64,000 nt of DNA from Limisphaerales bacterium (GTDB lineage: Bacteria > Patescibacteriota > Microgenomatia > UBA1400 > PJMF01), in NCBI GenBank assembly GCA_044350895.1, contig JBILGT010000003.1, positions 10,671 to 74,670 of the forward strand, written 5' to 3'. Positions 1 to 10,200 of the stretch are shown one piece after another. Both the position numbers and the translations under genes were made by a program. Each line of letters opens with the position of its first letter. Position 1 is the stretch's first letter. The notes under the pieces are model-generated. The model was given only the letters and a program-made list of their open reading frames with translations, did no database searches and was not told where the DNA came from.

Positions 1-1255
1 ATTTTCTGTTTATAACATCCCACAATTCGCGTGAATCACCTTCATAACCCACTGCCCAAATAGCAATGCCACCCAAATCGAGCTGATTAACATAGTCAAG
101 TTTATATGAAATTGAACGGCTGTTTTCGTAATAAATCACATATGTTTTGCCGTCTTCAATATATGATAAGTATGGTGATAGCGCATCTTCATTCCATCGC
201 TCCTGAACTTTGAGCTCCTCTTTTCTGGTCAGCAGATCCGCAACACGAGACATGCTGGCGGTTGCTCCTGTATCTGGAAATGTGTGTGATTGTGCATCAC
301 GGCTAGTGGTTTCCCACTCGTACCCGTAAAAAGGAATTCCAAGTAGTAATTTATGTCGTGGTACTTGGGCTGCAAATTCTTGTAAGTGTTGATTGATGTC
401 ACTATCCCACAGATCTTTGCCACCAAACAGTGGGGCGACTGGTCCAGCAAGTGGTGAAGTGCGGCGGTGAAAGTCATAGGCCATTACTACAATGTAATCA
501 ACATATGGCTCGATTCCTTTGACATCCCAGAGACCTAAGTTATTTGAAGCTCCAGCATACATCGCAATTGAAAGATTGATTTTGTCATAGCGCTTGTCCA
601 TATGTTCCCGCAAGTTCTTCATAAACTTGGTGAGGTTGTTGCGCGTGGCTTCTGTGGGTGAGCCATTCAGTTCAATATCAATATTTATGCCATTTACTGG
701 ATAGGCAAGTATGATGTCATCAAGTGATTCAAAAAGTCTGTCCTGTGCCGTGGGTGAGTTAAGAAACGCAAAAATGTCATCACCATTAAATTGTGAAAGT
801 ACAATTTCCATTGCGCCATCTTGGTTTTTCATCTGGGTTGATAGATCAAGAAATTCATCTGACTTCAAACCAGAATAACCTGGCTCTCCACCCTCGTCAG
901 TACGAGTGATGAGGGTACCATCTCGAGCGATAGCGAGTGCAAAATACGAAAGATGAGTGAGTTCGGGTTGCAGTGTAACTTTTTTGAGATTCCAGTATGG
1001 TAGGTATCCATACACAATTTTTTTGTTCTGATTAAAAATCTCAGCTTCCTGTAAGAATTTGAATGTGGTGAGAGAGTTAATTGGTGAAGCGAGTGGAACA
1101 TCATGAAACCACCACAAGCTGATTGCAGTAGCTGCGACAAAAGTGGTCAGCAAAAGGAGGAAAAATTTTATGGCAAAAAAGGTCTTTTTGAGATTGACTG
1201 AAGGTTGTGTGTGCTGCGGTGGCTTAGAAAATGCGTGCAGAAATTTCTTGAGCAT
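1..1255 (-). CDS. GH18-family glycosyl hydrolase-like protein, N-terminal membrane anchor; partial (C-terminus runs off window start)
   Basis: My own translation of the minus strand from the ATG at 1255 is continuous to position 1. The ORF track omits it because no stop falls inside the window. Starts MLKKFLHAFSKPP..., then a hydrophobic anchor TFFAIKFFLLLLTTFVAATAISLWWF. Has GH18-like motifs: ..VNGINIDIELNG.. (a DxxDxDxE-type block, here N-G-I-N-I-D-I-E) and ..YIVVMAYDFH... The listed ORFs 229..477(-) and 865..1140(-) are out-of-frame internal ORFs. Confidence 0.6.
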   Translation of the reverse strand, partial: MLKKFLHAFSKPPQHTQPSVNLKKTFFAIKFFLLLLTTFVAATAISLWWFHDVPLASPINSLTTFKFLQEAEIFNQNKKIVYGYLPYWNLKKVTLQPELTHLSYFALAIARDGTLITRTDEGGEPGYSGLKSDEFLDLSTQMKNQDGAMEIVLSQFNGDDIFAFLNSPTAQDRLFESLDDIILAYPVNGINIDIELNGSPTEATRNNLTKFMKNLREHMDKRYDKINLSIAMYAGASNNLGLWDVKGIEPYVDYIVVMAYDFHRRTSPLAGPVAPLFGGKDLWDSDINQHLQEFAAQVPRHKLLLGIPFYGYEWETTSRDAQSHTFPDTGATASMSRVADLLTRKEELKVQERWNEDALSPYLSYIEDGKTYVIYYENSRSISYKLDYVNQLDLGGIAIWAVGYEGDSRELWDVINRK

Positions 1256-1263
1256 GGTAACAA

Positions 1264-3684
1264 TTATTCTTGCGTAAATGTTTCAGTTGATTGTGAAGAC
1301 TCATTTGTAATAGTTGTTTGTTCATAGACTGGCTTTCCCTCTTCGTTAACAGGTCGATTGCAGTCAAGACAGTAACTTTTGGTCAACGGATCTTCCAAAA
1401 TTGTGCGTGATTCTAGGACCAGTCCTTCAACTTGCTCACCAAATTTGGGTGGTAAACCAGTGGTGGGATCAATCCAAGTATTGGTTGTCTTTCTGACAGA
1501 TGCTGAAGGTCTGCTGCGCTGCCAGTATAGTTCTGTACCGCCAGCGGTGCACTCATCTTGTCCATTGCCTTTGGGAAAACCACTGGGACAGACAGGTGCT
1601 GAAGCAACATCAGGTGGTTTCTCTTGCCAGCGTGGTTCTTTATCTCTGAGCACATACCGCATGATGTCATTAAAGATAGGCGCAGCGCCCGTCACACCTG
1701 AAACAACTCCGCGGTTCATTGGTTCACTGCTGTTATTACCTACCCATGTTATGACCAAAAATTCTGGAGTGAAGCCCACTGTCCAGTTATCTTTGAGGTC
1801 GTTTGTGGTACCTGTTTTGACACTGACGACTTGGTTGGGGATAACGAGCTCAGACCGAGTGCCAAACGCTGCAGAGCGAGCTGAGTTGTCTTGCATAATA
1901 TGACTGACTAAGTAAGCAGGCGCTCGATCAAGAACACGCTCCAGTTCACCTTCAGCACTGGATTCATATTCAGTTAAATACTGCAAATCTTCTTTGCGCT
2001 GCTTAATATTTGTTTCTTTGAGGACTTTACCTTGATATGTTTCAATTTTTAAAATTGGAGTGACTGGCACTTTCACTCCTTGATTGGCCAGTACTGAGAA
2101 TGCTTGTGCAAGATCAATCATGCGCACTTCACCACCACCAAGACTGATTGAGAGGCCAAACTTTGATGGATCATCCCAGCCAGTAATACCCATTTTCTGT
2201 GCAGTGTCAATAAATGTTGTCAGTCCAACCAGTTTCAAGCTTTTGACGGCAGGAATATTAAATGAATTTCCGAGTGATTGGCGAATTGTCACTGCTCCGT
2301 GGAAACTTCCATCGTAGTTTTTGGGACAGTATGGTTTCTGACCAGCCACTTCAAAACAGGTAGGTGAGTCAATTAAAAGCGTGCCAGGATTGAGTAACTT
2401 TTCTTGAAATGCTGTGGCATATACTAATGGTTTGATCGAAGAACCTGGCTGGCGAGAACGAAGCGTTACATTCACTTGGCCGTCATGCTCAGTATCAAAG
2501 TAGTCACGCGAGCCAATCATCGTAAGAATTTCACCGGTATCTGGTTTAATAATTAAGCTCGCGCCATTTCCAACATTGGCGTTTTTGAGTTTATCAACTT
2601 CTGCAGAAAGTGATGCCTGAGCTGCTTTTTGCAAATCTAGATCAAGTGTTGTCGTGACGCGTAGTCCACCTTTCTCAACCACATCTTCACCAAATTCTTG
2701 ATAGAGCAGATCTCGCACATAAAATACAAAATGAGGTGCTTCAATATCTGTGCGTGAAAGAGCAAATTTTAGTACTTCGTTTTCTGCTTGTTCTTGTTGA
2801 AGCTTAGTAATGTAGCCATCTTCATACATGCGGCGGAGTACATCTTTCTGACGTGCTTTGGCTTGTTCTGGGGTAGACCCAAATGGTGAGTATCGGCTGG
2901 GTGCTTGAGGTAATCCGGCAAGTAGTGCTGCTTCACCAAGTGTCAAATCTTTGGCATGTTTATCAAAGTATGCTTTTGAAGCAGATTCGACGCCCACTGA
3001 CGTTCCACCATATGAAATATAGTTGAGGTACATTTCCAAAATATCTTCTTTGGAATACATAATTTCTGTAAAGACGGAGAGCAGTGCTTCTTTGATCTTA
3101 CGTTTGAGTGATCGCTCGTTGGTGAGGAGTGCGTTTTTGACGAGTTGTTGGGTAATTGTAGATCCACCCTCGAGGCGTTTCCCCGTGAGCGTAGAACGAG
3201 CTGCACGAGCTATTGCAACTACGTCAAACCCAAAATGTTTATAAAAATTCTGATCCTCAATTGAGATACTTGCTTGGTAGACGTAGGGAGGGAGATCTTT
3301 CAATGCAATTGGGACTCGGTTTTCATCAGCAAAAATTTCGTAGAGGAGCGTTCCGTTGCGGTCAAAAATCTGAGTACTGACAGGATAGTTCTCAGTGTTG
3401 GTGAGACGACGTGGTGATGGAAGATCTCGCATTAACAAAATAGTGGCGATTACCAAAGCGCCAAACAGTCCAATCAGAGCAAATCTGAAGAATTTATTAC
3501 GGATGGGAAACAGCAAAATATTTCTAATTTTTGTGCCCTTGTTACGAACATTTTGGAAGACACGACGACGCTTTGCACCAGGCGTGCTTCCACTCAAAAC
3601 TTGGAAAATTTTCTGTGGTGACTTTGGTTTTGTTGGTGTCTTGTTAAATGGTAAGTTATTCATGTATGATGATGCACAGTCCAC
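1264..3684 (-). CDS. ponA: Class A penicillin-binding protein (bifunctional transglycosylase/transpeptidase, PBP1A-type)
   Basis: 806 aa with an N-terminal TM helix. GT51 motifs EDQNFYKHFGFD and GGSTITQQLVKN; transpeptidase motifs SSIKP (SxxK) and KTGTTND (KTG). The C-terminal ~90 aa form a Cys-containing extension. Confidence 0.9.
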   Translation of the reverse strand: MDCASSYMNNLPFNKTPTKPKSPQKIFQVLSGSTPGAKRRRVFQNVRNKGTKIRNILLFPIRNKFFRFALIGLFGALVIATILLMRDLPSPRRLTNTENYPVSTQIFDRNGTLLYEIFADENRVPIALKDLPPYVYQASISIEDQNFYKHFGFDVVAIARAARSTLTGKRLEGGSTITQQLVKNALLTNERSLKRKIKEALLSVFTEIMYSKEDILEMYLNYISYGGTSVGVESASKAYFDKHAKDLTLGEAALLAGLPQAPSRYSPFGSTPEQAKARQKDVLRRMYEDGYITKLQQEQAENEVLKFALSRTDIEAPHFVFYVRDLLYQEFGEDVVEKGGLRVTTTLDLDLQKAAQASLSAEVDKLKNANVGNGASLIIKPDTGEILTMIGSRDYFDTEHDGQVNVTLRSRQPGSSIKPLVYATAFQEKLLNPGTLLIDSPTCFEVAGQKPYCPKNYDGSFHGAVTIRQSLGNSFNIPAVKSLKLVGLTTFIDTAQKMGITGWDDPSKFGLSISLGGGEVRMIDLAQAFSVLANQGVKVPVTPILKIETYQGKVLKETNIKQRKEDLQYLTEYESSAEGELERVLDRAPAYLVSHIMQDNSARSAAFGTRSELVIPNQVVSVKTGTTNDLKDNWTVGFTPEFLVITWVGNNSSEPMNRGVVSGVTGAAPIFNDIMRYVLRDKEPRWQEKPPDVASAPVCPSGFPKGNGQDECTAGGTELYWQRSRPSASVRKTTNTWIDPTTGLPPKFGEQVEGLVLESRTILEDPLTKSYCLDCNRPVNEEGKPVYEQTTITNESSQSTETFTQE

Positions 3685-3712
3685 TAGATGGAAACTACTA
3701 TAGTTTACCAGA

Positions 3713-4234
3713 TTGCTAGAGATTCGTATGCTACATGCCGCACAATTCCCCTGGTTTGAACAACTTGAACAAGATCAGCAAGATCTCATTAAACTCTCAG
3801 AATACTTGTACGAACGCGAAGGTATGTCCCAAGTTCAATTGAGTGATTATGGATTTGTTGTTTTTCCTATTGCAAAAGCATATGAGGGTTTTCTAAAACA
3901 ATATTTATTTGATCTGAGTTTAATTTCCCAACATACCTTTGAAAGCAATAGATTCCGTATTGGACGAGCAATGAATCCAGACATCCGTGAAAATCAACAA
4001 GATGAGTTTTGGCTCTATGATGATTTGGAGCAGATGTGTGGAGCCACAGTTGCAAAAGATTTATGGAATACATGGTTATTATGTCGAAATCGTGTTGTGC
4101 ACTTTTTCCCGCTTGAAACGCATCGCATACCTTTGAAAACTGCTGGTGAGAAAATTGAGATGGTTCTTAATACCATTGATATGGCCTATCAGTGCAAAGT
4201 TGAACTGAAACTTGAGCCTGCTTCTGTTGTGTAA
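3713..4234 (+). CDS. Hypothetical protein, possible HEPN-like fold (Rx4HxF motif)
   Basis: 173-aa ORF with no other recognisable domain. It contains CRNRVVHFF, which fits the HEPN Rx4-6H signature at the usual C-proximal position. No MNT partner gene is adjacent. Confidence 0.45.
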   Translation: MLEIRMLHAAQFPWFEQLEQDQQDLIKLSEYLYEREGMSQVQLSDYGFVVFPIAKAYEGFLKQYLFDLSLISQHTFESNRFRIGRAMNPDIRENQQDEFWLYDDLEQMCGATVAKDLWNTWLLCRNRVVHFFPLETHRIPLKTAGEKIEMVLNTIDMAYQCKVELKLEPASVV

Positions 4235-4249
4235 TTTATTTCAAATTTC

Positions 4250-7200
4250 TTATCTAAAGTTCACCGCGCCGCCGTTATAGAGGTCTTTGACCTGGGCGGG
4301 GGTGAGGGCGTAGTTGTAGATGCGGACGTCGTCGATCTGGCCTGAAGAATAGAAAGTTGATGAGGTAGAGGTCCCTAATCGACCAATTGAAAAGCCTGAA
4401 GCAGTACCAGAGTTTTGTACTGTTTGAGCAACAGTATTTATTAATCTTCCATCTTTATAGTATTTAATACTGCTACCATCTACAGTGGCAGTTATGTGTG
4501 TCCAATTAGTAGAAGGGAATCCTGTGGAGTTCCAATCTGAAGCGACAACAGCTTGTTGTCCACTTATTCCATCAGATGTCCATATTTCTACTGCATCACC
4601 ACTATCTCTAAAAATCATCCCCCAAATAGAAATATTTCCTCCATTACTTGCAGATTCTGCGATAGCGGAACTGCCCCAATTAGAGGGTTTAATCCAGAAT
4701 GACAATGAGTAATTACTAGGTTTACCTAAAAAAGTTCCTAAATTAAGATAGTCATCTGTATCATCAAACTCCAGACTACTATTAAACTTGCCACTTGCAC
4801 CATCTTTCCAGGCTTCACCCGTGCTACCTTTACAACTGCCAGCAGTAGTGTTGGATCCAGAAGCTCCGATAGTGATTGTGCCGTTATTGCCGGCTGCTTC
4901 GCCATTGCTGTTAAGTGCTGAGTTGTAGGCAGTAGTACCCTGACATTCATCAAGTTTGTAGTGGGCAACGGGACCACCTCGGTTGTACTCCCAAGCCACT
5001 TGGGCTGGAGTGCGGGCGTAGTTGTAAATTCTCATGTTGTCTACCATGCCGCCAAAGTAATTTGAGGCACTGGAGCCTTCTCGGCCGATAGCAAGGATGT
5101 TGGCTGTAGAGTTGAGTGAGCCAGTTACTGAGGAAGCTGTGCCGCGTAGAATGCCGTTTGTGTAGAATTTAAGGGTGTTGGCAGTGGCGTCACGGACTAC
5201 TGTGAGCTGGTCCCAGCGTGAAGTACTTGGGGTTGTGGTGGTATCGGTAACAGAATATGTAGTGCTACCACTATACACAAATGCTTGCCATTGATTTGCA
5301 GCACTCAAGCGCATGCCGTACTGGCGAGAGGTTGTCGCTGAGGTGTTACCTTTACCCATAATGAGGCGTGCTGTTGAGTCCACAGCATTTGGTTTTACCC
5401 AAGTACTAATGGTGAGGTCTCCGGTAATATTGAGCGAACTGCTGTCGGCAACACTGACATATGAGTTGGATGGTGAGAGATTTACTCCGCTACCAGTTTT
5501 ACCAGTGGTCCAAGTGGGGCCATTGGTCAGTGTGCCCGTGTTGTTATTGCCACTAGTGTCGTTTGCTGTTGTCCCGGTGTTTTCATCAAACTTCCATTCG
5601 GCAACCGGCGGATTGCAGGTTGCGGTATCGCCGGGCACACAATATTCTCGACTGGATGAGTTGTCAGGAGTAGTTCCATTGGAGGCGGTGGAAGTGGCTC
5701 CCAATTGCACAGCAGCACCGCGGTTGTATTCTAGGCGGATGTCGTCTTCAGTGAGGGCGTAGTTGTAGATTTTGACTTCGTCGATGAGGCCGTGCATATA
5801 ATATTCTGTGCCTACAGTAGTTGTGCCGATACGTGTTATATCGGTACTGGCAATACTACCGCTTACCAATGTTGAAGATACCAGTTTATTATTTATATAT
5901 AATCTTGCTGTTGAACCATCCCATGTTCCAACAATGTGATACCATGTGTCGGTTGTCAGATTATCAATGTTGTATATGGGTACATTCGACCATGCAGTCA
6001 TAGCATCGGGAAGCATAAATGCCAGCTGAGACCGATCATTTACATCACCATATACATATAGAAAATACCCACTATCATTTCTTACTAAAATTCGAGCAGT
6101 ATTCGTATTGTCCGATGGAAAAGAGCTAAACTTTGCCCACGTAGAAATGCTTATAGAACTTGCGGGTATGATGCTACTATTGTTTCCTACGCTCACATAA
6201 TCATTCGTTCCATCAAATGCCAGTGCCTTGCCAAACTTGCCAGCACTGCTCCAACCGCTGGTACTTGTGGCAGGGGCGGCCATGTTGGTCAGTGTCCCAT
6301 CGTTGTTTTGTGGACTAGAATCTTGAGCTGTTGTGCCATAACCATCATCAAATCCTAGATGCAGTACGGGATTTCCCACACTGCCACCCACCGCTGGTTC
6401 ATAGCCCTCGCGCCCATTCATCACATTTACGATTTGTTTTTGAGAGAGAGCGTAGTTATAGATGCGGACGTCGTCGATTGCACCATTAAGATACCAATTG
6501 TTATCACTTCTAGCTCCTAGACTTATGTTTGCACTAGATTCGTTTCCTAATGTGAGACTGCCACTGCCAACCTGTAAGCCATTAATAAATATTGTTACTG
6601 TACTACCTGTATAGGTAAACGCGACATGCGTCCATTGCCCAGTAGAGATTGTTTGATTGGAACAAATGCTACTAGTCCCGTTATATACATAGACCTTACC
6701 AGTTGAACCACTTCCGCAGACTTCTGCATCGGTGTAAGTACCATTTACTCCAAAAGCCCATCCAACTGTCCCAGTGTATTTTGATATCATGTAATTTACA
6801 AATTGGTGAGAATAACTAGTAGGGTTGACCCATAAACTCACAGTCTTTGTACTAAGATTATCAATATTAGTTTGACTACCTCCATTAATATAATCATCAC
6901 TCCCATCAAACTTCACACCACTACCAAACTTACCTGGTGCCCAAGTAGGGCCGTTGGTGAGAGTACCCGTATTGCTGTTACTACTGGCGTCAGCAGCAGA
7001 TGTTCCAGTGTTTTCGTCAAGTTTCCAGTGTGCCACAGGCCCTGGGGCATAGTTGTAGAGATCTTGAACTTCATCAGGAGAGAGAGCGCGGTTGTAGATG
7101 CGGACTTCGTCGAGGGAGCCAGCATAGGGGTTCAAGTTTGCTCCATAATCTCCTAAATAAAAGCTAGATGAAGTACCTATAGAGCCACTTGTACTTCCAA

Positions 7201-10200
7201 TTGTAGAGTCAAGTTGTCCATTGAGATATATTTTTTTGGTTGAGCCGTCATATACTGCAGTTACTAAATACCAATTCTGCGTAGTTAGTGCTGTGTTATT
7301 TTTAAGCAGGGAGCCCCCCCAGTTTTCGCCAGTTAAAAAGCGGATTTTACTATCGGTATCAATGTCAAGTTTGAAGATACTTTCATTGGCAATGAAGGCT
7401 TTACGTGTAGTTCCCAATGCACTCGGTTTTATCCAAGCTGCAATGGTGATTTTGTCCGAAAATGTGCCCAGACCGTTACTATCCACCACATAATCCCCAG
7501 TCCCATCCAAGCTCACGCCATTCCCAAACTTTCCACTGCCAGTTGTGGCATCACCATTCCAAGCTCCGTCGTTACCATTGCCTGACTTATCACAGGTATC
7601 GTTAGTGCCATTGGAGCAAGTATTGGCAGCAGCTTCATCCATTGGGTAGTAGGCCACCAGGCCTTGGTTTAGCTTTTCAAGTGTGCCATCGCCTAGCTGG
7701 GCACTCGCTCCTTCAGAAGTACCTTTTGCAGTGTAATCAAGCGTGATTTGTTGGGCAGTGCGCTCGTAGTTGTACAGCCTGACTTCATCAATAAAGCCGT
7801 GGAAGTTGGCGCTGCTAGAACCTCCCAGCAACCAGTCATTGCCATCGCTGGCAGGAGCGCCACTGCCGTTACTAGATGTACCGCGCAGTTTACCGTCTAT
7901 GTACACGGAGATCTCATCATCACTATCATCTGTGTATGCTAGTGCCACGTGGTGCCACTCATTGAGTGGCAAGCCATTGGTGATCGTGACCGTGGCATCA
8001 CTGCTGGCCAAATCAAGTGAGGCCTCCAAATCCACCAGCCGATCACTGCCTTCATTAGTGGTACGCAGATAGGTGCTATCTCCTTTAGATACAATCTGAC
8101 CAACGTTTGTTTCACCATCAGAGCTGACTTTTACCCAGCCAGCAAAACTGACTCCAGCTGCTAGACCTTGATCTAAATCAAGCGCAGTGGTGTTGGTGAT
8201 ACTGACACTATTATCTGAGCCATTGAACTCCAAACAGTTATTGGAGTAACAACTCTCACTGGTGCGGCGAGTGGGGGTGGAGGTGGGTGGTGAACCTGCT
8301 TGCACTATCAGATCAGCAGATGAAACAGTAGTAGTATTGGTACTAGAATTTTTAATTTGTGCATCGATGTTTTTGGCAGCCACTGGCATGGTGAGGGCAT
8401 TTGAACGTTGGCGAGAATAGGAAGCGCCTGTTGTACTGACTTCAGAACTCGAAACGGCTGTTACATCACTGCTGTTATAGAGCTGCGCGTAGCCAGTGCC
8501 GGCACTTGTCTTGATATCAGATTCAAAGTAGTAATTTGTCGAGCCAGAAAAAAGTGCCGGGTCAAAGTAGTTTAAGCCGTTTTGAGAGGTGTAGGCAGTG
8601 TCAACATCAGTCTGTGCGGTATTAACCAAGTTGTACACCAATTCAGTCCCATAAATCGTGCCACTTTGATCAAGCACAGCTCGAGCGTTGGCAATCTGCG
8701 CGGTGTTGGCTGTAGTCTTAATACAAACCATGTAGTCAGTATCATCATTCAAGGTAACGGCACTACTACGTACTCGAGTCCAGGTGGTACCTGTCACCGT
8801 CACTTCAGAACCACTAACCACAGTCGTGCAACTTGCGCCATCACTATAGAGTGCCACTGAAGTAGTCTGTCCTGCAGTGCTGTTTGAAATTGTAGCTTCA
8901 AAATAAGTAGTGGGGGTTGGAGTAAATTTGTTGGCATCATATCTATAGATTTTTTTATTGGTGAGTTGTGTATACGAAGTTGCGGTACTGGTTTCGTAGT
9001 TTCCCACTTCTACTTGGGTTTGGGTGGCACTGAGAGCACCACTTTGACTAACAATCATACGTGCTGCTCGGACATCTGCTGTAATGTTAAGAGAGTCAGT
9101 GGAAGCAAGCCGAATACCATAGGCGGTAGCAGTTGTGGGGGAGATAGCTGGGGTACGCAGCCTACTGTAACTACTGGATCGGGTAGTTATGATGCCATCA
9201 GGCACTGCTGCTCCAGAGGAAGAAACCAATTGCGCCCAGACTCGATCTGCCCCATCATCGGCTAGATTAGTAGTTCCGGAAGCGCAGGTGCCGTTATTAC
9301 AATCGGCAAAATAAATATCACCATTATCTGTTTCATGGTAGGCTACTTTGCAGTCATTGAGGCCAGCTTTGCAATCCAATGAAAAAACAATTTCAAAAGT
9401 ATTAGTAGTACTGCACCCAGTCAAAGCACAACCATTTGTGCCATCTAGGACAGTAGTGGTACCGCTGGTGCATGCTGCATTATCACAGTCAGCAAAACTA
9501 AAGTCATAGCTCCGGTAATACGCAACTTTACAGTTACTGCCATCACCACCACAGGCGATAGTAGGGCTGTCGGCAAAGACTGAGGTAGAACAGTTGGTCA
9601 GTGCACAACCCGCAGAACCCTCGAGCTGGCTTATAGTGCCGCTGGTACAGGTGGCATTGTTACAGTCCACAAAGTTGAGATCACCACCGGTACTATTGTA
9701 GTACGCAATTTTGCAATCACTGGCACCTGGGGAACAATCTATGGTAGTACCAGTACCACTACTCGTGGAAGTGCTACAGCCAGTGAGGAGGCAGCCAGTG
9801 TCACCTTCTAAAATACTAGCGGTACCACTGGTACAAGCTGCGTTATCGCAGTCAGCAAACCGGAGTGACGTGCGCGTGTTGTCATAATAGGCAATCTTAC
9901 AATCAGTGGCAGTAGGACAACTCAAAGCAGCATTAATACCAACATCATTGGTGGTGCTACAGCCAGTCAGGGCACAGCCAGTGGTGCCATCGACAACCGT
10001 CCTGGTCCCGGAACTACAGGTGGCAGTGTCACAGTCCGCAAATAATAGATCATCGGTAGTCTCATTTTTGTAGGCAATTTTGCAGTCCGCGGTCCCGGCT
10101 GAACAGTCAATATTAGGATGAGTCCCCACCGTTGCAGATGTCGTACAGCCAGTCAGTGGGCAACTAGCTCCACCGTCAATCATGCGCGTGGTGCCGACGT

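Noticed and set aside
229-1140. ORF-track entries 229..477(-) and 865..1140(-)
   Set aside because: Both are out of frame with, and nested inside, the long GH18-like reading frame that is open to the window edge. Their sequences are non-protein-like.
1379-3703. Plus-strand ORFs overlapping the PBP gene (1379..1903, 2084..2317, 3023..3244, 3395..3703)
   Set aside because: These are antisense shadow ORFs inside a well-supported PBP1A gene.
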